Under the pieces are notes generated by a model. The model had not been told where the DNA came from and searched no databases. It saw only the letters and a list, made by a program, of their open reading frames with translations. Of a DNA stretch of 64,000 bases, positions 12,755 to 25,930 are shown one piece after another. Made by a program: the position numbers and the translations under genes. Source of the DNA: Octopus vulgaris. Taxonomy: Eukaryota. Location: the NCBI GenBank assembly GCA_951406725.2, contig OX597833.1, forward strand, positions 71,362,001 through 71,426,000, written 5' to 3'. How positions within the stretch are numbered: position 1 is the stretch's first letter; every line of letters starts with the position of its first letter.

Positions 12755-14229
12755 TGAACATAAATTATCTTTACAACTTGAAAAAAATCAGCAGAGTAAT
12801 TTATTGGAAAACCTAGGCAAACGAATAAAGTTTAATTAGAAACATCAGAACACTTTCACGTGGGTTCCAATGGTTGCATGCAACCTGCTGAGTTGCCCTT
12901 ATTTAATTTTTTTTTATTTTCTGAAGTTTTCAAATTTTAAAGGAATTTATGGATACCCTGTAGACATCAGGATATCATTTTTTTTTTTAAAGTTTAATGG
13001 TCACACACCAAGACCCTTATAAGATGTGACTAAGACACTTGTTCTCAACTCCCACCTGCGGCTCCTAGAAACTACCCCCAGCCACTCTCTGGTAAGAGCC
13101 TTACCCTGCAGCCTAAACCAAGGAAGGAGTATTGGTCATACCTCGTATGCCCTTCATTCATACAAAGTCTGAGGTGGTCTGTCACATTGTTGCAATTTGA
13201 CAAGGAACGGCCAATAGTATATATTTCTTTACTACCCACAAGGGGCTAAACATAGAGGGAACAAACAGGGCCAACAGTATATATAAGAAAGCAGTGGCTG
13301 ACTGTTGCAAGCTGGGACAACTGACAGAAGAAGGTCACCAGTTCCCTGAATCACCGAGCAAATTGGCTGAGTACTCCACAGATGTGTACCCTTTGTAATT
13401 CTCAGGTAGGATCAAAGTAACAGTGTGTGTGATAAGGCTGAGATCCTTGAGTTACAGGTAAAGAAGCTAAAATGTATTTAACTGCACCCAGTAGTAAGGC
13501 TCCAGTTTAAGGGTTTGGGAATTGTGGGGAGGGTGGAGTCAACACTTAATTACCATAACACCTAGGTCCGTTTTGAACAATGGTAGTGCCTGACGGGGAC
13601 CCGTTTTGGGGTTAAATAGATTTCCCAGGGGTAGAGAAGGCTCCCATGATTTTTGACAAAGCCTTTGGGAAGGCAGCTCTTCTAGAAGACAAGACTAATT
13701 GGCATAAAACTTGCATTCAAGATCTTAAAAGAGTCTCAGAAATCTTGCAGGAATTGCCACTGGAACCTCCTACAATGGCGACCAAGAGACTGGCAACAAG
13801 TATTGTGCAAACTTTTGTCACTTAAATCTAACGACATACAAATGTCTCACTCTTCATTTAATGAGGGATGGCCATCATCTAACACAAGGCAACATCACAC
13901 ACACACACACACACACACATACACGGCATTTACTTTTGCATGCGAACTCGCGTTGAACATGTATTTTGGGTGGGGCATTTTACTAAAGACAAAAGAGCAC
14001 ACACACACTGGTTATAATTCACTTCTTTTTTCATTATCGTTATTGATAAAATGCTCTCCTAAAATACAACACACACACACACACACACACATTCCCATAC
14101 AGTAAGCAAATCTGTATTATTTCTATGTACACAGAACGCAAGTGTAAGCAATGTATTTACAAAGTTTATATTTATGTGTGTGTCGGTGTGAGCGTACGTC
14201 TACATACACACACACACACATATATATGT

Positions 14230-14385
14230 GTGGCTGTGTGGTAAGTAGCTTGCTAACCAACCACATGGTTCTGGGTTCAGTTCCACTGCGTGGCATCTTG
14301 GGCAAGTGTCTTCTGCTATAGCCCCGGGCCGACCAATGCCTTGTGAGTGGATTTGGTAGACGGAAACTGAAAGAAGCCTGTCGTA

Positions 14386-14440
<55 letters not shown>

Positions 14441-14647
14441 GTGTCTGTGTTTGTCTCCCTAGCATTGCTTGACAACCGATGCTGGTGTGTTTACGTCCCC
14501 GTCACTTAGCAGTTCGGCAAAAGAGACCGATAGAATAAGTACTGGGCTTACAAAAGAATAAGTCCCGGGGTAGATTTGCTCGACTAAAGGCGGTGCTCCA
14601 GCATGGCCGTAGTCAAATGACTGAAACAAGTAAAAGAGTAAAAGAGT
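14230..14647 (+). mobile_element. tRNA-derived SINE family S1
   Basis: Near full-length copy. Confidence 0.9.
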
Positions 14648-14650
14648 ATA

Positions 14651-14691
<41 letters not shown>

Positions 14692-15059
14692 TAACATACG
14701 CAACATTTGTATTGCACAGATATATGAGAACTAGTAAGACAAAACGTGTGTGTGTGAGTCTGTATGTGTTTTGAATACAGAAGTGAAACAGAAAGGAGTG
14801 AGAGAGAGTGAGAGAGAGTGAGGGGGGAGATGGGGAGAATGATAAGATGCCATGGAAACGGAATGTAGAATTAATTTGTAAAGCGTTCAGACAAAAAAGC
14901 TATTTATTTGACCCGATCACAGATCAAGGAGGAACAGAGAGAGCAGATCGATGTTTTACAGTCGTCTACTTGGCCACAATGCACACCGCATTTTATATTA
15001 CTTACAGAGTCGGCGGCGGCAACAGAGACACCAACCAGTACCACCAAACCATACTATAT

Positions 15060-15075
15060 GTACACACACACACTG

Positions 15076-15119
<44 letters not shown>

Positions 15120-15266
15120 ATTATGTGTGCGCACGCACAGAGAGAGAGAGAGAATGCATACAGATATATATATATACCCAACATAAGTGTTTATATACAC
15201 ACATACATATACACATACCGATCATACAACATTCTGATAAATACGGACCTTCATATATACATTTAT

Positions 15267-15309
<43 letters not shown>

Positions 15310-15375
15310 TATATATATACACACACACACATATATATATATACACACACACATATATATATATACACACACACA

Positions 15376-15409
<34 letters not shown>

Positions 15410-15477
15410 CACACACACACATTTATACATGCTCATTATACAAATTCTGATAAATACAGACCTACATATATACATTT

Positions 15478-15548
<71 letters not shown>

Positions 15549-15586
15549 AAGAGACAGACAGACATGACAGATAAACGTACACACAT

Positions 15587-15621
<35 letters not shown>

Positions 15622-15969
15622 GAAGGAAAGAGAAAGCTGGAGATAATTATATATATATATATATACACACTGCCGATGGAATTGATTGCCGCCTCTCACT
15701 CGCAATGTTTTGCGTAGATTTTAGAAAGAAAGAAAGAAAGAAACGAAGGAAGGAAGAGGAAAGCCCTGAGGAGGATTTTAATCATTGTTCCAGTGGAAGT
15801 CTGAAAGGGATTTACATATGTTGGCGGTGGGAATGTGGTAGAAATTAACCCAAAGACCCAGTAAACAGCGGCGTGACATCGCTAATTCTATATCTACATA
15901 CATGTCACACACACACACAGATATGGATTGGCATGAATTAACAAAACTCATGTTTTGTATATACATATG

Positions 15970-16011
<42 letters not shown>

Positions 16012-16370
16012 ATTGTTTATACACACACACGTATATATATATACACACACACACATATATACACATACATACACACACACATATATATATATATACACAT
16101 ACATACACACACATATATATACACATACATACACACACATATATACATATACACACACACACATATATATATATATACACATACATACATACACACATAT
16201 ATACACATACATATATACACACACATACACATATATATATATATGCTCAGACAGCAATACATATACGCACAAATATACGCATATCCCTATACTTGTATAC
16301 ACACATTTATATGCATACATACATACATACATATACGCATATATATGTATACTTATATATATATTTAGAC
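15060..16370. repeat. Compound (TA)n/(CA)n/(GA)n microsatellite field
   Basis: Seen directly; source of the YI/TH-repeat ORFs. Confidence 0.95.
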
Positions 16371-16752
16371 GCGTAGACATAAATTCTTTGCTGAACACGA
16401 AACCATTGTGCTTCTCGCCATGATGGAGGAACTCTGCGAAAATAGAGCATTTCTCTCTTTCTCTCTCTCTCTCTCAGACTGACATAACTCAAATTAGAAA
16501 TATTTTTCGCCTCTGAGCATGGAGCGGTGCGCGGATCTGGGTGTGTACGTGCGTGTGTGTATAATGAGAGCGAAAACACACAGAATACATACATGTATAC
16601 AGAGAAATAAGCACCCAGATACATATGTGTAGATATGTAGATATATGTGTCTGTGTATGTAATTAAGCAATTATAATTTACTTATATCTAAATGAAAAAC
16701 GTACAATCCTCTTACATGCGGCCACGAAAATGCTTCTCGTTGGGCGCCCAAA

Positions 16753-16784
<32 letters not shown>

Positions 16785-17086
16785 CAAGTAAAATACATAA
16801 TTTATCTTTTGTTTCAGTGATTAGACTGCGCCCATGCTGGAGCCCCGTACTCAATTATTTTAATTAATTATAATTCTCCCTCTTGCTTTGTGTGTGTTGA
16901 ATTAAAAGCCAGGTGCGTGTCTAACCGGCGCGATTTATACACACCCAGAGAATGAAAACGTGTTTTATTATACTCGTACGTGAATAGTAATTTGCAGCAT
17001 GTATATAAACGCAAACTCTGCAATTTATACATACATGCGTGTGTGATCGATTTATAGAAACGAACCCTTCTAAATTTACCAGTTCA

Positions 17087-17117
<31 letters not shown>

Positions 17118-17513
17118 TTTTACTTGTTTCAGTCATTTGAATGCGGCCAGGCTGGAGCACCGCCTTAGATTTCATATATATTTTATTTTATTCCTTGTTT
17201 CAGTCATTTGACTGCGACCAAGTTGGAGCACCGCCTTAGATTATATATATATATATATATTTTTAATTTTTTATTTTATTTTATCTAGTTTCAGCTCACA
17301 AGCTGTGGCCATGCTGGGGCACCGCCATTTATTATTTTTACTTAAATAATGCAACACAACAGACAAACGAATACACACATCACCTTTCACATCAGAATCC
17401 CTCTCTATATATATACATGCATGTATATATATATATGGATACATGAATGCCGTATATAAAGCCATACACACACACATGAATCCTTACATAAGCACAGACA
17501 AACCTATACATAA

Positions 17514-17556
<43 letters not shown>

Positions 17557-20500
17557 CGTATATGTATGTATGTATATTCACACATTGCATCCACAAATCC
17601 ATGCATAAAATACACAGACAAATCGATCCGAAAAATATATACAAAGAGAAGAGAAAGAAGGGTTGGCGGAGGGGAACGAGGGAGAAAGAGGAAGGAGAGG
17701 GAAGGTAAAAGGAGAGAGAGAGGAAGAGAGCGAGAAAGATAAAAAGAAAAGAGAGAGAGGGGAAAGCGCGAAAAAGAGGGGGAAAAGAGAGAATGAAAGT
17801 AATCAAGGCGTCACTTCCTCTCTCCCTCCCCCAATAAACAGAAGAAAATGGAAGGAGGGAGGGAGGGGGAGACAATAAATAAATAAATAAAAATGAAATT
17901 AGTTATTTTCATGTAGGAGGGAAAGGGGGAGGAAGGGCAGCGGAGAAGACAATAGGTGGTGGTGGTGGCGGTGGGAGGTAAATGGTTAAAAACAAAAGGA
18001 GGAGGAGGAGGAGGAGATGCGTATCCAGAAAAAAATTAAGAAAAAACTGAAAGGGGGAGGTGAGAGAAAATGAGGAAGGGGAGGAGAGAGAGAGAAAAAA
18101 AATTAAAGGAGGGAAAAAAGGGAAAAAAAGAAGAAAAAAAAGAGGTGAAGACACACGGAAGCTGAAGTAACATTGGAAAATAGATGGAGAAGTGATGGGG
18201 GGAGGGGGAGGATAGGAAATGAGATGGAGAAAGAAAGTATAAAATGTGTGTGTCTATATATATATGTCTCTCTCTCTCTCTTTCTATATATATATATATA
18301 TATATATCTTTCTATATATATATATGGGGGGGGGGAGAATAGAAAGAAGTGGGACACTACGTGCAAGTATGTGTGTGTGTGATTTGGATGTTGAACGTGT
18401 GTCTGTGAGTGAAGAAGAAGGAAAACCAGGGGGTTTTCAGGAATGCGATGCCATCTCAATGAGGCTGCACTGAATCCAGCCAAGAAACGACTTAAGTCTT
18501 TGGTTGTAAATCTTTATAGTAAATATAGTCTTGAGAGAGAGAGAGGGAAATTGATAGGAGTAGCAAAGAACTTGGAAGTCACACACGTGTTGTGTGTGTG
18601 TGTGTGTCTTGTCTAAACACCGACAGATGCGCGCGAGAGAGAGAGAGTGTCTATAGTCTCTCACACACACACACACACAGACAGACAGAAAGTAAACGGG
18701 CTTATATTATTATTATTATTATATATTGTTCACCTTTGGCCGCTCCATAAATTAAAATTAAGAGCGAACAGAGCAAATAAATTTGATTTCCGGTTTCCAT
18801 TAAAACTATCATCTACTGTGCAAAAGACTACACACGTTAGAGACACACAAGGTGCTTTCGGCTAAGATCGGCAGAGTGTGTGTGTGTGTGTGTGAGCGGA
18901 GGGAATCGAGATGAATTGTTCAAATAATAATGAAACCTGTCGGTTCGATCCCGGATATGAACACGCTAAAAATACAAAAGACAGAAAAAGCAAATCAGAC
19001 GTAGACCCAATTTCAAAAAGTGACTCAAAGACAAGGATATTGGAAAAAAATCACGTACACATATATGTTTGTAGTTTATTAGAGCACCAGCACACACACA
19101 CACACACACACACTATATATATTTATATATTACATACAGTACCGGCGAAAAATAGTAAAATTAGTATGAGGTATTAATTAGTTCAAACGGCGATAGTTTC
19201 ATTGTTGCTTTTCAACCCTTTGAGGTCGATATAAATAAAATTACCCGACATAAGAAACGATTTACGTGGTTCACGCAAGGTAAGGATGTTCTACCACCCA
19301 GGTAGCCCTAAGCCAAAGTAAATAAAATGTGAAAGCTGTCAGAGGGATAAAGACAGTCCGTGTCCCATTTGAGAGTAGTAGATAAAACCCGAGGTCAGGT
19401 TAATACCGCTGTTTGACCTGTGGGTGCCTTAAGCATTCAGGCCGGGTTACTTTCCCCCATTTGTTCCGGTGGCCCTGAAGGGTTAGTGATGCTGCCCTTC
19501 CTCATCTCGGCAAACCATAAAAAATAAAAATAATTATAAACCATTTCCTACATATTTGTTACCAGCGAAAGAAAATATTTTAAAACGACAAATACAGTAA
19601 ACAGCTAAAATTGAAATCTTATCTAAAAGTTATTTGGGGGAAAGGTATTCTGAATAGAAGTTTCTCTCATCTTCACACGGCATTTTTTAGTTCGTTGTCA
19701 TACATAGTTTATACGATTCAAATATCGATTTTTCTTAGACACAAGCTATACATTTTGGGGGCGGCTTGTAAGTCAATTAAACCTACACCAAAACTCGAGT
19801 GCTTCTACATTTCATCGAGCCCGGCGGCAAGATGAAAAGGAAAGTTGACTTCGACAGGATCTGGTCTCAGTAAAGAGGGAGTCTAACAAACCTCTGTTCT
19901 AAAAGCTCTATTATGTAAAAGAAATTCTAGGTTCTAACCAACTTTAGAATCATCGATCAGCTTCATGAATCATAATAATACACCGTTCACATCTTGCTAC
20001 TTCCGAACTGTTCACACTCATTCGCTTTGTTCTTGGCGCTTACAGCAGCGATGTCAATGACCTGAGCGAGGTTGGTATTTATTATAGATCCCCAAATAGT
20101 GATTTTGAGGGAGAATAAAAAAACCATATCTATATTTCGAGTGAGTCATACCGATAAAAGCCTACCAACACTGGTCGCTCGTTGTTCACGTAACTAAAAA
20201 CCGAAGTTAACGCCAACCGGTGTGTTTACAGACTTTATCAGTGACTCGACTGAATATAATATTATCGGTTTCAAACCAGGATTTTAGATAAAAATTCTTG
20301 CAAAACAAATTTAAAAAACAAACAGGGTGGAGATTTGATCATTTAAAAAGGTGCAGTGAAACGGTTTTATTTATTATTGAAAGTTCTAGTCATTAATTGA
20401 GAAGATCGAAAAAGAGGTGGGAAATTCAGAAATTCATCAATGTTGGGCATAGATGAAAGAGAGAAAATTAAAATGAGAGATCAAAGTATTCCAATCATGA

Positions 20501-20813
20501 CCATCCCATCAGTCAATACGCCGAATTACATCATCGGCTTTGGGGAGGATGGACGAATGTAATTTGAGGGAAATTTTGGCTGCTATTCCTAGATGCGTCT
20601 AATAATGAGTCGAGTCTCATGCGGCCCATGCCTTGCATAGGTGTTCTCTCGTCGCCTCGTGTCCAATTGGCAAATAGCGTCGATGGGTGACAGACTGTTG
20701 ACCCCCAAAGACAAAGAAGAGAGAAAAAGACATGACCAATTGTTACAAGATATTTTAACCGTGGATGAGTGAAAGCAGTGAGGAGGAGGCAAGAGACAGA
20801 AATGATTTGTGAG

Positions 20814-20845
<32 letters not shown>

Positions 20846-22661
20846 CAAATAGACAGATGGTGGGGGAGGGGAGAGCTTGGCAAAAGTTTGTGTGAAAGAG
20901 GCTTTCACACAATGTACCTAAAGCACATATTCTGAAAGGATAAAACACGCGAACAATATGGGGCTGTTTTTACCGATGTTAAAGGTCAGTAAAATATAAG
21001 GTCTGTTACTGTGTCGGGAAGAGATGGGTTTAGAATGCATTCCAGTTGGATAATAAACAGCCATGTTCACAGCTGAGATGCTCCGGGAGCAACTGAAATA
21101 GAGGGAATGCATTGAAAGATGGAACATGGAGAGAGTTGGGGATGGAGAGGAGAGGAGAGAAACAAGGGCGGGAAAAGGGAGCAGTTACAGGAATACATGA
21201 AAAATTAAATACCCCACATACCACACTCTGTTGTCTTTAAGAATGGAAAAGACATTAGATAAAGTGGTCCTTGGAAACTATCTGAAGGAAAAAGACAAGA
21301 CTGCCACAATTGGAATGTCTTTGGTCATAAGTTTTTATGTTCTTAAGTTCTTTATTTTACCTTAAACAATGGTTAAGGCCATGCTAGAGCACCAAAGAAC
21401 TTATTATTACCATCAAAACTACATTTAGTACAGTTTTTCAGAATAGCATGATAACATTATTCCATTATAAATAATGGAAGTAGCCTGGATTTGATGAGGT
21501 CTTCAGCCCATTCACATACATAAGTAGACATTAAAAACCTTCCCAGACAAACAATTGTACGCCCTGTGAGACCAATGAGTCTTCTTCTTCCTCCTCCTCA
21601 TCAGCATTTTAAAATCCACTTTTCCATGCCTGCATGGGCCAGACTGAATTCATTGAGGCACATTTTCTACAACTGGATGCCTTTCCCATTACCAACCTTC
21701 ACCTGATGACATTCTCCCATGGCTTGACATGCTTTTGAAGAAGATTGGAAATGGCTCATACTGCTTGTAAATGACATTTCTCTGTAGCTATCGTGCTTTG
21801 CCAAGACAAGGGGACCCACATGCACAACAAGCTTCTTTCAGCTTCCATCAATCAAACCCACTTGCAAGGCTTTAGCTAGCCCAGGGCTATAGTCGGAGAC
21901 ACTTGCCGAAGGTGCCACATAATGGGACTGAACCTGAAACCATGTGGGTGGAAAGCAATCTTCTTAACCACACCTGTGCATCATCCGTACCTGGAAATTC
22001 CTGCTTCAGTTTGTGTTGGTTGAGTGTAGTGATATGGCATAAAAGAACCCATCCCAGAGAGAGTAAGACTGTATGGAAGATCAGTAGCTACCCATGCCTT
22101 AAGATTCCCTCTTGAATTCCACTGATGTTGTCCAAGGAAGGGCAAGAGCAAATAAGGCCTGGCACCAGTGTCATTGCAGTAGTGGCTAAAACTAAGTTGA
22201 AGACCACGTTGGGCCGTCTTGGGGACACCAGCTCCTGATTTGCAGTTGATTAAATTAACTCAGTACTTGATTAGTGTTGCTGCTTAATAAACAAACACAG
22301 AGAGAGAGTGGTGTTAACTGATGTCAGATGACCCTCAACCAGTTTGAATATCCTTGAAACTAATGACAAGTTGTACATTAACTGTTGAAGTTATGCAGAA
22401 ATAAACTCTATATTCATTATATTGAGTGCTTTGCACTTTGAAATATGAAACTTTATATATATATACAACCAAGGACTCTTTAACCTTTCTAGTGTTGGAG
22501 CCATGAAAATGCGTCCAGTATGCTATGTAGAGTGGTTGGCAACAGGAAGGGCATCCAGGCCTCAAAATCCAAATCAAATGACACCCAGGAAGCATCAGTG
22601 TCATGGAAATAGGAACATCCAACAGAAGATGACTCAGATCATAATGACCTGTTCTCAACCC

Positions 22662-23037
22662 AGGTGCAGGAGTGGCTGTGTGGTAAGTAGCTTGCTAACC
22701 AACCACATGGTTCTGGGTTCAGTCCCACTGCGTGGCATCTTGGGCAAGTGTCTTCTGCTATAGCCCCGGGCCGACCAATGCCTTGTGAGTGAATTTGGTA
22801 GATGGAAACTGAAAGAAGCCTGTCGTATATATGTATATATATCTATATGTGTGTGTGTTTGTCCCCCTAGCATTGCTTGACAACCGATGCTGGTGTGTTT
22901 ACGTCCCCGTCACTTAGCGGTTCGGCAAAAGAGACCGACAGAATAAGTACTGGGCTTACAAAGAATAAGTCCCGGGGTCGATTTGCTCGACTAAAGGCAG
23001 TGCTCCAGCATGGCCGCAGTCAAATGACAAACAAGTA
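22662..23037 (+). mobile_element. tRNA-derived SINE family S1
   Basis: Full-length copy. Confidence 0.9.
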
Positions 23038-23749
23038 ACCCTTGCCAGCCTGGAAATTGAATGTGATGACGATGATGATGATGACGACGATGGTATCATG
23101 TCCACATGAATGGGTGTGTTTAGATTAAAGACGTAAATATATCAATTATAAAATACAACAACCATCACATAGCTTTAACACCACCACCACTACCACTGAT
23201 ACTAGTACTAACTATTACTGCTGCTGCTGATAATAATAATTTGACAATAGTAATTACAAACAATCAACAAACAACTCTTCTTGCTTTTGCCCACCATTTT
23301 TGAGACTGGCTGGAATCTGACTATTTCAGGAGAATGTAATTCTATATGCAAGAGACAAAACACTGCCTTGTTGGACTGTAGCTATGGATGAATATACACA
23401 CGGGCCATGGTGGTGTGTATTGCTCAAATGATAGTTCTATGGAGGCATATAACATTAATATAAAGTGTCAATATATATATATTTCTTTACTGCCCACAAG
23501 GGGCTAAACACAGAGGGGACAAACAAGGACAGACAAATGGATTAAGTCAATTACATCGACCCCAGTGCAAAACTGGTACTTTATCGACCCCGAAAGGATG
23601 AAAGGCAAAGTCGACCTTGGCAGAATTTGAACTCAGAACATAACAACAGACGAAATTCTTCTGCAGAAACTAAGGATAAACAATTGGTTTGTGCCAGCCA
23701 TGTACAGTGGTGCCCTCAGCATGGTCCAAGTTCAGTGAAGAATTAAGAT

Positions 23750-24140
23750 GATAAGTTGTGTCCATCAGATTTAGTTCTCAGTCCCATTTTCTTTATTATA
23801 ATCCTCCAGGCCATAATTGAGAACTTTCAGACCAGCTGCCTTTGTGTGAATTCTTATATGCTGATCTCCCAATCTGCATGGCTGAATCTGTCAAAGATTT
23901 ACGAAACTAATTTTAAGTTCTGAAGCAAAACCTAGAATTGAGAAACGTCTTCAAGTAAACCAAGCAAAGATGAAAGTTTTAGCAGAAAAAATAGAGGACC
24001 CTGCTGCCACCAAGGAAGCAGCCACACTTGAAATGCACAAAAGGAGTGGGTAGAAATTACATATTTTGTACCCAATGCAAATATGGATGTACAAGAGATG
24101 TGATTGAATTTTAGGTTGGCTGAGGAGAATGGTAGACTTT
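23750..24140 (+). mobile_element. Decayed RTE LINE RT C-terminal fragment with PHD-like Cys cluster
   Basis: 'VLSPIFFIIILQAI', 'EFLYAD' and 'KCTKGVGRNYIFCTQCK'; parallels 38930-39550. Confidence 0.7.
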
Positions 24141-24470
24141 GTAGGGGACAGATTCTTTCCTACAGTGGTAGTATTTGGATAAAGAATGATAATGAAGACC
24201 TTTTCTAATTAGGGTTTTGGTATCAGAGACTCTGCAGAAGTATCAAATCATATCAGTATTTTTATTTAGGGCATGATGGAAAAGAAAGTCAGTTCTTTCT
24301 ATGGATGAATTTACAGAGACAAAGGTTTTTTAATATCTAAAACAGAAAAAAAATAGCAGACAGATTAGGAAGATTACTGACAGAACTGAACCTTAAAATT
24401 ATAAGCATTAATTAAAAAATTTGCTCATTTTCTGGATGTGATCGAAATGAAAAATGGAACATGTAAGACA
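24140..24470 (+). mobile_element. Penelope-like element RT fragment
   Basis: 'ILSYSGSIWIKNDNEDLF', 'GIRDSAEVSNHISIFI' (cf. GSYDGAEVCELVG), 'IYRDKG' (cf. LYRDDG) and 'NLKIISIN..HFLDV'. Confidence 0.7.
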
Positions 24471-25016
24471 TAGTTCCTGACCCTTCTTAGAGGGGAGCAT
24501 CTCTGAGTGAGAATCAACTCAGATCATGACAACCCTTCCAACTGATACCATCATGAAAAAGCTAACATAAAATGATAAAAGCATACAAGTATACACCCAC
24601 ACACACACCTACACGTAAACACACCTAAATACCTACATAAATGTGTATAATGAAAGCCAGGTCAGTGTTCGGTTGCACATTCCCCTCATTCAAAGAATCA
24701 TACATGCACAACTAATCTAGCATCCATTCTCCTTTGTACTTTTCAAAACATATATCTGTGTTGGTCAGTTTGACATTTAAGCTTGTTAAGCCATCTCTCA
24801 ATTCAGAAAGCCATTAAGGTTAATTCTCACTCTTACAGTAGCAACATTTATCACCGATTCTTCCAGGCAATTCCCATTAACTGGGAAAACTGTTGGAGAA
24901 TTACAGTTGTACTTTATATGAATGAAAATATTATTATTACTATTCACAATTTTCATAATCTTCTTATTTTGTTTGCAAGATTCTTTATATGAGTTCATGT
25001 GTTGAAGCATATTCTG

Positions 25017-25256
25017 TTGTGTCTGGGGAGAGTCATTTTCTTTTTGTGCCTTATTATGTAAAATTTCCACGTTTTCTTATTTTTATTGTCCTAAACTTTT
25101 TGTTGCGTCTTGCAACCTTTTCAATAGTTTTGATTAGAATCAAAACTATTGAAAAGGTTGCAAGACGCAATGAAAATTTTAGGACAATAAAAATAAGAAA
25201 ATGTGGAAATTTTACATAATAAGGCACAAAAAGAAAATGACTCTCCCCAGACACAA
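25017..25256. repeat. 240 bp near-perfect palindrome
   Basis: 119 bp arms, 2 nt centre (AG, 25136-25137), 4 mismatches counted by eye. Confidence 0.97.
25146..25182 (+). ncRNA. Minimal type-I hammerhead-like motif, U3-A8 variant (mirror copy at 25091-25127 on minus)
   Basis: CTA TTGAAAA G GTTGC-AAGAC-GCAAT GAAAA TTT TAG; the mirror copy has GAAA>AAAA from CpG decay. Confidence 0.6.
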
Positions 25257-25676
25257 TTTTCATAAGCTTCTTAGTGTTCCCAGAAGTACTACGTCTTCAA
25301 AATTCAGCATTGTAAAAACAGCCTACTTTGAGTGAATTTATGTTAAATATTTCCTAACTTAAGATCAGAGGGGAAAGGCTTCTTTAATGGATGCATAAAA
25401 GTTTTGCTTATTCTTGTTCTTACATAAATCAAAAATGAAAGATGATAGCTAAGAAGTTTCCTAAAATGCTTCCTGCTTTAAAACTGCCAGTTTTTAGCTC
25501 ATTATTCGCATGCAACATCCAGCTGAGAGATGTCTCATCACAAGAAACTAATGAAACCCACTTAAATTGTTGGAATGAAATTTGAGAATGTCTTGTCTTA
25601 ATTCTTCCCTAAATCCACCTGGCATTGTCCCTTTTAGATATTAAAAGATCATTATCTCTGCAAATTTTTCCCAAGA

Positions 25677-25930
25677 TCATCATCATCATCGTTTAACGTC
25701 CGTTTTCCATGCTAGCATGGGTTGGATGATTTTGACTGAGGGCTGGCAAACCAGATGGCTGCACTAGGCTCCAATCTTGATCTGGCAGAGTTTCTACAGC
25801 TGGATGCCCTTCCTAATGCCAACCACTCCAAAAGTGTAGTGGGTGCTTTTTACGTGCCACCAGCACGGGGGCCAGTCAGGCGGCACTGACAATGACCTCA
25901 CTCGAATCTTTTTACACATGCCAGCGGCAC
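25677..25930 (-). mobile_element. S3 repeat inserted in the PLE
   Basis: (CAT)n followed by S3 consensus. Confidence 0.88.

Noticed and set aside
12953-12963. miR-10-like TACCCTGTAGA (also miR-190-like TGATATGTTTGA at ~54900)
   Set aside because: Only 11-12 nt match and no precursor hairpin.
14808-16423. Long ORFs of 170-346 aa (also 50502-51170, 58446-59555, 61264-62042)
   Set aside because: Translations of dinucleotide, GATA or ATT microsatellites (YI/TH/YLSI/poly-I/L); no coding signal.
22662-22745. tRNA gene
   Set aside because: The A/B boxes belong to SINE heads that continue into SINE bodies; no full cloverleaf.
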